Below, in pieces: positions 1 to 10,038 of a DNA stretch of 64,000 nucleotides. Source of the DNA: Chloroflexota bacterium (GTDB lineage: Bacteria; Chloroflexota; UBA11872; VXOZ01); NCBI GenBank assembly GCA_963663275.1, contig OY760183.1:2208001-2272000 (forward strand), in the 5' to 3' direction. The translations under genes and the position numbers were made by a program. The notes below the pieces were generated by a model, which had not been told where the DNA came from, ran no database searches, and was given only the letters and a program-made list of their open reading frames with translations. Numbering within the stretch: position 1 is the stretch's first letter; each line of letters begins with the position of its first letter.

Positions 1-67
1 GCGCTAATGTTCATTTAGTAGCAAACGTGAGTGTCTATTCACACTCCAACCCCGCTGAGGCCCTTCA

Positions 68-1033
68 ATGACACTCCGCGAACTCTACGAAACCGCCATC
101 GAACTCGGCATCGCCCTCGATCCGCGCAGCCGCGCGACGCTCGACGCCGAACTCGCCCGGCGCAAGCAAGAATTCGACGCCTTGCCGGACTGGAAGAAAC
201 CCTACTTCGACCACGAGCGCCTGCGCAATCCCTACGGCGACGTGCGCATCGTGAACGGCCCGGAAGACGCGGAAGTGCGCACGGCGCTGGCTGGCATCAA
301 CATCGGCACGGATGAATTTCTCATCGCCGACCGCCTGAAGGACAAAGGCGTGCCGCTCGACGCGATCATCGCGCACCACACCAGCGGCACCGGCATCGGC
401 CGCTCGCACATCGACGACATTACCCTCATCAACATCGACATCTTCGAGCGGGAAGGCGTGCCGCGCAAGGATGCGGAGAAAGTCCTCTTGCCCTGGATCG
501 ACGAGTGGCGCACCGGCTACGACGACATGCCCCACCGCATGGGGCCGGACATGGCGCGGCTCTTCGAGATTCCCTTCATCCAGATTCACACGCCGCAAGA
601 CCTCTATATCGGCGTAGGCATCAAACAGGTGTTCGACGAACTTCAGCCGCGGACGCTCGCCGACGCCGAGGAGGCGCTCATGACTATACCGGAGTTCCAG
701 GGCGCGGCCCGCCACGGCGCGTACTCTATGGTGCTGGCGGGCGAACCGGATACCCCGCTGGGACGCTACCTCATCCAGGACGCCGGCGGTTGGCTCTGGC
801 CGCCGACGGCGCAGCCGCTCTTCGCCAAAGCCGGCATAAACACCGTGCTGCAAATCGGCGCTTCCCCGGCTGTGGCCAAGGCGGGCGCGGACGTGGGCGT
901 GTCGATAGTCCGGCTGCCCCACGCCGCCGCCGACAATCTCGGCATCAACCTCTTCTACGACGAAGTCGAACGCCGCCACGGGCCGCTGGACATCATCGCC
1001 TGCAACTACTTCGAGCGCATCAGGCACACGTAG
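68..1033 (+). CDS. NIF3/NGG1p-interacting-factor-like putative dinuclear metal-binding protein
   Basis: 321 aa. N-terminal 'YETAIELGIALDPR..NPYGD', 'IIAHH', 'IHTPQD' and C-terminal 'HAAADNLGIN' resemble the long NIF3-like family. Confidence 0.7.
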   Translation: MTLRELYETAIELGIALDPRSRATLDAELARRKQEFDALPDWKKPYFDHERLRNPYGDVRIVNGPEDAEVRTALAGINIGTDEFLIADRLKDKGVPLDAIIAHHTSGTGIGRSHIDDITLINIDIFEREGVPRKDAEKVLLPWIDEWRTGYDDMPHRMGPDMARLFEIPFIQIHTPQDLYIGVGIKQVFDELQPRTLADAEEALMTIPEFQGAARHGAYSMVLAGEPDTPLGRYLIQDAGGWLWPPTAQPLFAKAGINTVLQIGASPAVAKAGADVGVSIVRLPHAAADNLGINLFYDEVERRHGPLDIIACNYFERIRHT

Positions 1034-1199
1034 CAAATTGCCCACCTGTGCATCACGCCCACTTGGACATACTGTCAACCAGCAATTACTGTCAGCCAGT
1101 ACTCACTTTCAACCTGAGCTGCCGAATTGCCAAGGCTTCCATCTGCCCATATCTCTGGGGGAGTCTCTTGCGTTTCCTTGGACGGCGCGCGATGAAACT

Positions 1200-1233
1200 C
1201 CCTCTCCCTGGGGAGAGGGCCGGGGTGAGGGGG
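1200..1233. repeat. boxC-like palindromic repeat (CCCTCTCCC-n-GGGAGAGGG-CCGGGGTGAGGG)
   Basis: Related copies at 6383-6415, 11586-11620, 36906-36940, 37320-37354 and 61740-61775, all intergenic. Confidence 0.8.
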
Positions 1234-1324
1234 AAAAGACTGGGATGAAGCCACGACGCTGAATCGGCATCTAGCTGTCGCCCGACCTGTGTGCGACTCA
1301 ATTGATAGCGAAGGAGTAAGAACC

Positions 1325-2362
1325 GTGCGCCGCATCGAACTCTCCGGTACACCCTACGCGATGGGCCTCCAGCACGGCGCGGCGTGCGCCGCGGCAATCA
1401 ATACCGCCATCGAGCGGGTGGTCTATGGCAGGCAAATCGACGCCGCGCACCGCGAACGGGTCGTGCGCCAGAACGAACGCAATGTCGATCGGGTCTTCCC
1501 CGAGGCGCTGGAAGAGATGCAAGGCATCGCCGACGGCGCCGGTCTCAAGCGCGACGACATCCTGGCCTACGCCGCCTGCATGGAGGTGGGCCGCGCCGCG
1601 CCCGGCTGCACCAACGTTGCCGTACGCATGGACGAACACGGCGTGGTGCATTACAAGTCCAACGACGTGGGCAAGGAATCCCTCGGTTCATACCTCTTCT
1701 GGGACATCCGGCCCGACAAGGGGCATCCCTTCATCTGCGTCTCCGGGCCCGGCGCGCCCTGGATGGGGCCGGGCGTGAACGACACCGGCCTCACCTTTGG
1801 CGGCAGCAGCATCATGAACACCGACCAGGACTGGGAGCGGGGCATTCCCACGAATCTGCTGCAGCGCTACCTCTTGCAGTATTGCGCCGACGTAGACGAG
1901 GGCATTGCGCTCTGCGAAAGCACGCCGGTCATGAACCACGGCATGAACATCATGCTCACCGATCCCGGCGCGAACGCGGTGGTGGTGGAACGCTCCGCCA
2001 CGCGCCTGGCCGTGCGGCGCATGGAGAATGACGCCATCTGGTGCGCGAACCACTACGTGACGCCGGAGATGCAACCTGTCGATGGCAGGACGAACGCAGA
2101 CTTCCGCGCAAACAGCGAGGGCCGCGCGGCGCTGCTGGCGGAACTGACTGAGGAAAGACCGCATACGTTAGATCAGGTGAAGCGCATCGCGCGCGCCCAC
2201 GCCGATCCGGTCTCGATGTGCCAGCACGGGCCGATGCACAGCGTCTTCGGCATCATCGCGATCGCCCGCGAGCGCACGCTGCTCGCCAGCGACGGGTATC
2301 CCTGCCAGAATGAGCTTGAAGTCTTTACTATGGACGCCGCCGTCACCGCGGTAAGGAATTGA
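1325..2362 (+). CDS. C45 family autoproteolytic Ntn hydrolase/acyltransferase
   Basis: 'GTPYAMGLQHG' N-terminus, 'GCT' autocleavage Cys, 'GVNDTGL', 'CANHY'. GTG at 1325 follows an AAGGAG Shine-Dalgarno (SD). Confidence 0.8.
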   Translation: MRRIELSGTPYAMGLQHGAACAAAINTAIERVVYGRQIDAAHRERVVRQNERNVDRVFPEALEEMQGIADGAGLKRDDILAYAACMEVGRAAPGCTNVAVRMDEHGVVHYKSNDVGKESLGSYLFWDIRPDKGHPFICVSGPGAPWMGPGVNDTGLTFGGSSIMNTDQDWERGIPTNLLQRYLLQYCADVDEGIALCESTPVMNHGMNIMLTDPGANAVVVERSATRLAVRRMENDAIWCANHYVTPEMQPVDGRTNADFRANSEGRAALLAELTEERPHTLDQVKRIARAHADPVSMCQHGPMHSVFGIIAIARERTLLASDGYPCQNELEVFTMDAAVTAVRN

Positions 2363-2371
2363 GGAAAGGCC

Positions 2372-4207
2372 ATGAACCAGCCAATACTGCTCCTCTACGC
2401 CGATGATGCGCTCACCACGCCCGTCAGCGCCGAAATTCTGCGCTGCGAGGGTTTTCCCTGGCTGGAAGCGCGGCCGGCGTCAGGCTTCACGGACGCGCCG
2501 CCGGGGGCAGAACTCCTCGTCGTGGCCGGCAGCGGCCTGAGCAACGAAACCGCTGAACGCCTGGCCGCGGCGGTGGCGGGCGGTACGTCCCTTATTGCCC
2601 TCGCGCCGGATCCCGCCCTGCTGCGCGTCTTCGGTGTCACTGCGGGCGAGACCGTCACCGACACCTGGCTTACGGTTAAGCAACTGCCCCGCTGGGAACA
2701 CGGCAGCCTGCCCTTGCTCTGCCCCGATGACGTTGCGCAACCCCTGAACGGCGGCGAGATTGTCGCCGAACTGCGGGACGCGGCGGGCGCGCTCTACGGC
2801 GCCGGCATCGTGGAGGCCCGGCTTGGAGAAGGCACGGCGTGGCTCTACGGCTACGATCTCTGCCAGGCGGTCGTTACCTTTCGCCACGGCGACGGCGACC
2901 TCCACGAGCGACCCTTGCGCGACATGGGACCGCTGAAAGGCCCGCGCCACCTCTACAGCTTCTTCGCACTCTCCGAGAAAACCACCCGCGACGTGCCGGT
3001 GGCGGACGTGCATCAAGATATTCTGCGCACTTTGGTTGCCGAGGCGTTGGCCGACACGCCCTTGCCGCGCCTCTGGTACTTCCCCGACGCCGCGCCGGCT
3101 TTGTGGTTCATCAAGGGCGACGGCTGCGGCGAGCAAGGCGCGCCGGTGCTGGTTGACATAGTGGAGTCCTACGACGCGCTGCTCACCTTCTACCGCGCGC
3201 CGTTCAGCCGCTACGCGGGCGACCTGATGAAAGAGTGGCACGCGCGCGGGCACGCCGTCTCCATCGAGGTGGACCTGACCAGCATCACGCAGTACGCCGT
3301 GCAGGAAAGCGGCGCGCAGGTGCGCTACGGCCGCACGCCGGAAGACCTGAACGAAAACTACCTGCCCGCTCTCCGCGCCAACTTGCAGGAGTCGTGGGAC
3401 GTCTTTCGCCGGGAGACCGGCCTGGACGTGGAGACGATTTGCAGCCACGGCTGCCAGTGGACCGGCTACCCGCTGCTGCAGATCATGCTGGATTTCGGCT
3501 GGTACACGCCCACGCACTTCGCCTCCCACGATCCCCGAATGAGGCGCGACCGCAACTACGGCCCCTACATGATCGGCACCGGCCTCTGCATGCCCTACTT
3601 CCAGCACGGCGTGGGAATTACGGACATGTGGCACATGCCCGCCCAATGGGACGAAAGCCAGACCATCGGCCGCCACGCGGACCTGCTGGCCGGCCCCATG
3701 GCGGACGCGCCGGACCGCGTGGAGGGCATGGTGGGACTCACCTCAGAGGAGTACGGCGTGGAACTGGCGCGCTTTGCCGAGTCGGCGGCCACCCGCTGGC
3801 ACGTGATGCAGATCGCCAACTTCCACCCGGTCTACGCCGCCGGCCCGCAGGACCACGTGCGCGCCTCGCGCCACGCTTTGGAACTGGGCATGGAAGGCGC
3901 GGTTGCCGCCGGTTGCCGCTTCGAAAACCAGGAGAACTATTCCGCCTTCTCCCGCGCGCGCACGGGCGTGCGCCTGACCGAGTCCTACTCTCAGGACGAC
4001 ACCCGCTTCATCACGCTCGAGGCCGGCGCGAACATAACCGGCCTCACCCTGCTCCTGCCCGAAAACGTCGCGTCCGTGCAAGCAAAGGACACGGGCGCGG
4101 CGCTGCCCATCCAACAGGTAACGCTCGAAAGCCGGCAGCAGCGCGCGGTGACTGTCGATCTCAACGCAGGCGCGCCACGTACTCTGTGCTTTAAATCAAT
4201 AGCGTAG
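2372..4207 (+). CDS. hypothetical protein, possible N-terminal GATase-like flavodoxin fold plus deacetylase-like barrel
   Basis: 611 aa with SD, 9 nt after the C45 gene. 'KGDG', 'SHG..W' and 'NFHP' are weakly reminiscent of carbohydrate-esterase-type barrels. Confidence 0.5.
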   Translation: MNQPILLLYADDALTTPVSAEILRCEGFPWLEARPASGFTDAPPGAELLVVAGSGLSNETAERLAAAVAGGTSLIALAPDPALLRVFGVTAGETVTDTWLTVKQLPRWEHGSLPLLCPDDVAQPLNGGEIVAELRDAAGALYGAGIVEARLGEGTAWLYGYDLCQAVVTFRHGDGDLHERPLRDMGPLKGPRHLYSFFALSEKTTRDVPVADVHQDILRTLVAEALADTPLPRLWYFPDAAPALWFIKGDGCGEQGAPVLVDIVESYDALLTFYRAPFSRYAGDLMKEWHARGHAVSIEVDLTSITQYAVQESGAQVRYGRTPEDLNENYLPALRANLQESWDVFRRETGLDVETICSHGCQWTGYPLLQIMLDFGWYTPTHFASHDPRMRRDRNYGPYMIGTGLCMPYFQHGVGITDMWHMPAQWDESQTIGRHADLLAGPMADAPDRVEGMVGLTSEEYGVELARFAESAATRWHVMQIANFHPVYAAGPQDHVRASRHALELGMEGAVAAGCRFENQENYSAFSRARTGVRLTESYSQDDTRFITLEAGANITGLTLLLPENVASVQAKDTGAALPIQQVTLESRQQRAVTVDLNAGAPRTLCFKSIA

Positions 4208-4299
4208 CCAAGGCTAGTAAGAGCCGCGTGACCCTATGCCTTGGACTGCTCTGTTCTAAGAATGTCGTCCCTTCACGTACCGTCCCGCCGGGCATGACA

Positions 4300-5022
4300 T
4301 CAACGGCTGAGTATATTGCCCATCCCTGTCATCACGTTACTGGGAATAGATACCCACTGTTTCTTAGGCACCGCTTGCGCCAGACGCTGGCTGTACCCAT
4401 GCTGAGCAGTGATAAGATAGACTTCCACCTCTTTAGCCCGCAAGTCGCGTATGAGATCTAGGAAATCGCCATCCTGGGTAATCAGGACAAGGACTGTGTC
4501 CTGCGGTTCTTGGCCGCAGTCACTTCTAGCCTGGCTCACAATCTCGTCATCAATGTCCTCATCATCTTCCCAGACGCGCCATCCTCGCTTTTCGAGCTCA
4601 TTCGCCGCCAAACTTTGACTGGGACTGGCAAAAGCCTTGAAGCGTCGATAGGATGTAGACGAAAAGCGTCTGTCAAACTCTTGTCTAATCCAAGCGTTCA
4701 CGGATTCCACTGCGATAAGTGGAACCGTCACGTTCTGAAAGTCCCACATAGCAAGTAGGCGAGAACGCCCCTTTGGTTTCTTGGGCACCGGCCGCCTCCT
4801 CTTGAAGAAACTAATCTGACATTTGTGCTCCATGGCGACGGAATAGATGGCTGCCAGAGAATCTGCATCCGGCTTTGTGGCACCAGTTTCCCACCGGGAA
4901 AGGGTATTAGCCGGCACGCCAAGAAGTTTCGCCATCTTTGCCTGAGAAAGCCCTAACTTCCCGCGTAACTGCGCGAGGGTTTCAGGCTTATACTCATACT
5001 TGCCTGCCTTAACCGGCGCCAT
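4300..5022 (-). CDS. XRE-family HTH fused to NYN (PIN-like, LabA/DUF88) RNase domain
   Basis: N-terminal 'LRGKLGLSQAKMAKLLGVPANTLSRWETG' is an XRE HTH. C-terminal 'WDFQNV', 'DIDDEI' and 'ITQDGDF' match the NYN acidic motifs. Confidence 0.8.
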   Translation of the reverse strand: MAPVKAGKYEYKPETLAQLRGKLGLSQAKMAKLLGVPANTLSRWETGATKPDADSLAAIYSVAMEHKCQISFFKRRRPVPKKPKGRSRLLAMWDFQNVTVPLIAVESVNAWIRQEFDRRFSSTSYRRFKAFASPSQSLAANELEKRGWRVWEDDEDIDDEIVSQARSDCGQEPQDTVLVLITQDGDFLDLIRDLRAKEVEVYLITAQHGYSQRLAQAVPKKQWVSIPSNVMTGMGNILSR

Positions 5023-5030
5023 GGATAAAG

Positions 5031-5207
5031 CTAACCCCGCTTCTGTGCCGACCTGTTCCCCTGGCGAGAACTATTGAAACTGCCATTGTTAGGGTTTAGC
5101 TGGTTGCTTCGATTGTCCAGCGCAGCCTTATGTGACCGGTTGTTGGGGTTCTTGACATTTGCCCGCTGACTTCCGGATGCGTTCTTACCACTCTTGCTCT
5201 TAGCCAT
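5031..5207 (-). CDS. small basic Asn/Ser-rich protein with NPNN repeats
   Basis: 58 aa. Strong SD GGAGGTG before the ATG at 5207; stop lies 8 nt before the HTH-NYN start. Confidence 0.7.
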   Translation of the reverse strand: MAKSKSGKNASGSQRANVKNPNNRSHKAALDNRSNQLNPNNGSFNSSRQGNRSAQKRG

Positions 5208-5238
5208 GTTCACCTCCAAAGCTGAATATCATGGCTAG

Positions 5239-5294
5239 AGTATACCACACAGATACATGGACTACAACCGAACTGTAGATTACACCATCTGTGT
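5239..5294 (-). promoter_or_regulatory. sigma70-like promoter (TTGTAG-17-TATACT, extended -10) overlapped by nested inverted repeats (putative operator)
   Basis: ACACAGAT (5247-5254) pairs with ATCTGTGT (5287-5294); CTACA (5262-5266) pairs with TGTAG (5274-5278). Both centre on about 5270. Confidence 0.55.
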
Positions 5295-5417
5295 ATTGGC
5301 AGAAATTCGGGTCTTGGGGTTAGTCGTGCGCTGGCCACTAGTGTCTCACCGCTTGGAACGCAGAAGGATGCACTTGGCAGAGAATTAAGTACGGAGGCTT
5401 GTGCCAGCCCAAATGGA

Positions 5418-5450
5418 ACAAAAAGAGCGCAGGTTATAAACCTGCGCTAC
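5418..5450 (-). terminator. probable intrinsic terminator formed by a GTAG-type REP hairpin
   Basis: Minus strand reads GTAGCGCAGGTT-TAT-AACCTGCGCT followed by CTTTTTGT, 23 nt after the methyltransferase stop. Confidence 0.6.
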
Positions 5451-5473
5451 CGGTCGGATCTGGCGGGGCATAC

Positions 5474-6205
5474 TTAGGTCACGGGTTTGCGCAGCGCGTA
5501 GATGATGAAGTTCGGCACGCGGATTTCGTCGGCTAGGCCCGGATTCGCGGCGAGTTGCGCCTCAGAGGGCGTCGGCTCGTGGAGGCCGTCGATGACGAAA
5601 CCGGCATCCACAAAGGCGGAAACGTAGCTGGCGAGCGTCCGGTGCATGTTGATGAACGTCTCGCCCCACCATTCGAATTCGCGGGGACCTTCGGTCGTGT
5701 AATTGTCAACGGGGTAGAAGAACTTGCGGCTGCCCTGCCTGATCCAGCCGTTGGGCTGCGCCATGCGCATTGGGTGCACGTTGCACACGATGAAGCGCCC
5801 GCCGGGCCGCAGCACGCGATACGCCGCCTGGATCGACCGCCGGTAATCGAGCACGTCCACCAGCACGATGTACGAAACCGCCAGCTCGAAGCTGGCGTCG
5901 CCGATGTCCGCAAGGTCTTCGGCGTTGCCGACCAGATAGGTCTCTTCGCCGCGTGCCAACGCGCGCGCCGTCTCCACCAGCGCCTCGGTGAGGTCGATGC
6001 CGGTAACGTCCGCGTCGAGACCGGCCAAGACGCGGCAGAAGCGCCCCTCGCCGCAGCCGATGTCCAGCACCCGCCGGCCCGCCACGTCCCCCAGCGCGTC
6101 CAGTATCCAGGAGTCGAGCATACCGGTGCGCACGGTCTGGTCTTGTTGCACCCAGTCCTGGGCGTGTTCGACCCACTGCGCGCGCAGTTCTTGTTCTAAG
6201 CTCAT
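5474..6205 (-). CDS. class I SAM-dependent methyltransferase
   Basis: Motif I 'VLDIGCGEG', plus 'GIDL' and 'RVLRPGG'. Confidence 0.9.
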   Translation of the reverse strand: MSLEQELRAQWVEHAQDWVQQDQTVRTGMLDSWILDALGDVAGRRVLDIGCGEGRFCRVLAGLDADVTGIDLTEALVETARALARGEETYLVGNAEDLADIGDASFELAVSYIVLVDVLDYRRSIQAAYRVLRPGGRFIVCNVHPMRMAQPNGWIRQGSRKFFYPVDNYTTEGPREFEWWGETFINMHRTLASYVSAFVDAGFVIDGLHEPTPSEAQLAANPGLADEIRVPNFIIYALRKPVT

Positions 6206-6250
6206 CGAGTGAGAGGACTCCCAACAAAGACGGTGGTGGTGGTTGACGAT

Positions 6251-6325
6251 TGGCTCCGCGGCGAGGACTCGAACCTCGAACCAGACGGTTAACAGCCGCC
6301 TGCTCTACCATTGAGCTACCGCGGA
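6251..6325 (-). tRNA. tRNA-Asn (GTT)
   Basis: Reverse complement TCCGCGGTAGCTCAATGGTAGAGCAGGCGGCT-GTT-AACCGTCTGGTTCGAGGTTCGAGTCCTCGCCGCGGAGCCA folds as a cloverleaf with encoded CCA. Confidence 0.97.
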
Positions 6326-6382
6326 AGGTCGGTGATTCCAGTGTACCAACGCGGGGCGCGAATGGTCAACGGCGGCGGGCGG

Positions 6383-6415
6383 CCCCCTTCACCCCGGCCC
6401 TCTCGCCAGGGAGAG
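6383..6415. repeat. boxC-like palindromic repeat
   Basis: CCCCTTCACCCCGGCCCTCTCGCCAGGGAGAG, same family as 1200-1233. Confidence 0.7.
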
Positions 6416-6468
6416 CTGACAGGGGTAGGCAAAACATTACTGTAGCTATGGTCCGTCCGGCCTCCACC

Positions 6469-6569
6469 TGTCATTCTGAGGAGCGCAGCGACGAAGAATC
6501 TAAAGTCTATGCCAGCGCAAACCTACCGCCTTAGATTCTTCACTCCGCTCCGCTACGTTCAGAATGACA
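6469..6569. repeat. REP-like inverted doublet (TGTCATTCTGAG...GAATCT / AGATTC...CAGAATGACA)
   Basis: Long imperfect hairpin; related copies at 42790-42883 and 61610-61636. Confidence 0.8.
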
Positions 6570-6759
6570 GTAGCCAAGTCGATTTTCCATCGATTGCGAG
6601 TAGGCCGATAGCTGAATGCCTACCCCTGTCAGCCCCCAGGGAGAGGGGACTGTTCGCCTCTCAGCGAGGTTACGCACACGCTTCCTCCAGGGAGAGGGAG
6701 GTTTCTCCCCAGGTAAGGAGGCTTCTCGTCTGCGGGTCTCGGTGTGGAATGGGTTTACC

Positions 6760-8175
6760 TCAGACTAGACCCGCGCGGTCTTGGTTCAGGCGGACGCGCG
6801 CCGTTTGAATGGCGGCCTCAACTTGCGCGGGCGCCGTGCCGCCGGGGAGGTCGCGGGCCGCAAGCGAACCCTCTACCGCAATCGCGTCGAACACGTCCGC
6901 GGCAATGCGGTCGGACACTTTCTGGTACTCCGCCAGCGTCAAGTCCGCCAGGCCGCAGCCGCGCTCGAGGCACAAGCGCACGATGTTGCCTACCACCGTG
7001 TGCGCTTCGCGAAACGGCAGGCCCTTGCGCACGAGGTAGTCGGCGAGGTCGGTGGCCGTGGAAAAGCCGCCCTGAGCGGCCTCGGCCATGCGCGCGGCAT
7101 CGACGCGGAGCGTGCCAATCACGGCGTTCATGATGTCCAGGCACGCCGCCGTGGTGTCCATCCCGTCAAAGAGCGCCGCCTTGTCTTCCTGGAGGTCGCG
7201 ATTGTAGGTGAGCGGCAGCCCCTCGATGAGGGTAAGCAGCGCGAAGAGGTCGCCGAATACGCGGCCGGCCTTGCCGCGCGTCAGTTCCGCCGCGTCCGGA
7301 TTCTTCTTCTGGGGCATGATGCTGGAGCCGGTGGCGTAGGCGTCGTCAAGCTCTACGAAGCCGAACTCGGCGGACGACCAGAGGATGATCTCCGCCGCCA
7401 GCCGGGAGAGGTGCGCCATGATGAGACTGCACACGTGCAGCGCCTCGATTGCGAAGTCGCGGTCGCTCACCGCGTCCATGCTGTTCGCGGCAATGGCGTC
7501 GAAGCCAAGCTCCCGCGCCACGAATTCGCGGTCGAGCGGATACGGCGCGCCCGCCAGGGCCGCCGCGCCCAGCGGCAGCACGTTGACCCGCGCCCGGCAC
7601 TCCCGCGAACGGGCAACGTCGCGGGCGAACATCTCCACGTAGGCAAGCAGGTGGTGGCCGAACGTCACCGGCTGCGCGCGCTGCATGTGCGTGTAGCCGG
7701 GCATGGCGGACGCAGCGTGCTCAGCGGCCCGGTCGAGCAGCGTCTCTTGAAATTGACAAAGTTGTAGACCGAGCGCGTCGAGCGCGCCCCGGAGCCACAG
7801 GCGCGCGTCGGTGGCCACCTGATCGTTGCGGCTGCGGGCCGTGTGCAGTTTGCCCGCCACCGCCCCGACGCGCTCCCGCAAGAGGTCTTCTATTGCCGAG
7901 TGTACGTCCTCCCAACGCTCCACGTCCGGCGTGATCGCCCCGTTCTCGATCTCGTCAAGTATTGCCGCCAGGCCCGCGCAGATGGCGTCGGCTTCCGCCT
8001 GGGCGATGATGCCCTGCTTGGCCAACATGCGGCAGTGCGCCCGCGAGCCGATGATGTCCTCGCGGTAGAGCCGCCAGTCCACCGGCAACGAGCTCGAAAA
8101 CGCCAGCATGTCGCCGGCCAGCGCCTTGCTGAAGCGCCCGCCCCACAACGTGGACGTTTCTTTGGTGTTCTCCAT
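6760..8175 (-). CDS. argH: argininosuccinate lyase
   Basis: 'LWGGRF', 'HTARSRNDQ' and the 'GSSIMPQKKNPD' signature. Confidence 0.97.
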   Translation of the reverse strand: MENTKETSTLWGGRFSKALAGDMLAFSSSLPVDWRLYREDIIGSRAHCRMLAKQGIIAQAEADAICAGLAAILDEIENGAITPDVERWEDVHSAIEDLLRERVGAVAGKLHTARSRNDQVATDARLWLRGALDALGLQLCQFQETLLDRAAEHAASAMPGYTHMQRAQPVTFGHHLLAYVEMFARDVARSRECRARVNVLPLGAAALAGAPYPLDREFVARELGFDAIAANSMDAVSDRDFAIEALHVCSLIMAHLSRLAAEIILWSSAEFGFVELDDAYATGSSIMPQKKNPDAAELTRGKAGRVFGDLFALLTLIEGLPLTYNRDLQEDKAALFDGMDTTAACLDIMNAVIGTLRVDAARMAEAAQGGFSTATDLADYLVRKGLPFREAHTVVGNIVRLCLERGCGLADLTLAEYQKVSDRIAADVFDAIAVEGSLAARDLPGGTAPAQVEAAIQTARVRLNQDRAGLV

Positions 8176-8206
8176 GCGAAACTGCGCCTAATGTCCGTTG
8201 GCAATC

Positions 8207-8543
8207 GTAGCGCGGGGGCTAGCCCCCCGCCGGGCCTGCAATCTTGTGTAGCGCGGGGGCTCGTCCCCCGCCAGGCCTGGGAAACTGTGTATCGCGGGGA
8301 TTCGTCCCCAATGCTGTCGCATTTAAACGCGATGAAAAGAGAGACTACGCTTGCTTCTCCGGTAGCGCAGGTTCGCACGGGAGGTGCGCGTAACCTGCGT
8401 CTTCCGCAGGGTCAATCCATGCCGTGAGCGAAGCTCGTCTTCCGGCGGGGGACAAGCCCTCGCGCTACGCTAATGCGACAGTATTGAGCACTGTTCCCCG
8501 ACGGGCCTGGGAAACCATGTAGCGCGGGGGCTTGTCCCCCGCC
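8207..8543. repeat. cluster of GTAG-type REP elements (GTAGCGCGGGGG-n-CCCCCGCC)
   Basis: Copies at 8207-8231, 8248-8272, ~8289-8311 (degenerate), 8444-8468 (inverted) and 8519-8543, in the argG-argH gap. Confidence 0.8.
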
Positions 8544-8597
8544 AGGATTGGAAATCTATAAATCAGAGGTGTCCACACCAAGTCGAAGAGGAGAAGA

Positions 8598-8623
8598 TGG
8601 ATTCCCGCTTTCGCGGGAATGAC
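8598..8623. repeat. RPE/dRS3-like palindrome TGGATTCCCGCTTTCGCGGGAATGAC
   Basis: Related copies at 44648-44674 and 61819-61845. Confidence 0.8.
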
Positions 8624-8671
8624 GGACCGACCGCTGCCGCCCGAAAGGCGCCGCCCGGAAGGCGGGCGCGG

Positions 8672-9925
<1,254 letters not shown>

Positions 9926-10038
9926 AGTGATATTCCCCTCTTCCTAGACGTCAGGTAACGGACGTGCGCGAAAGTGCGCTCAACAGTGAACACTGAATGC
10001 GGAGGCTGCGCGACACGCCAAACCTGCGCGCAATGCCC

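Noticed and set aside
8207-8543. Possible CRISPR array of ~25-bp palindromic repeats
   Set aside because: Irregular spacing, mixed orientation and a GTAG head indicate REP elements.
9926-10038. ArgR ARG boxes in the arg cluster
   Set aside because: No convincing AT-rich palindromic ARG box pair visible here or upstream of argD or argH.
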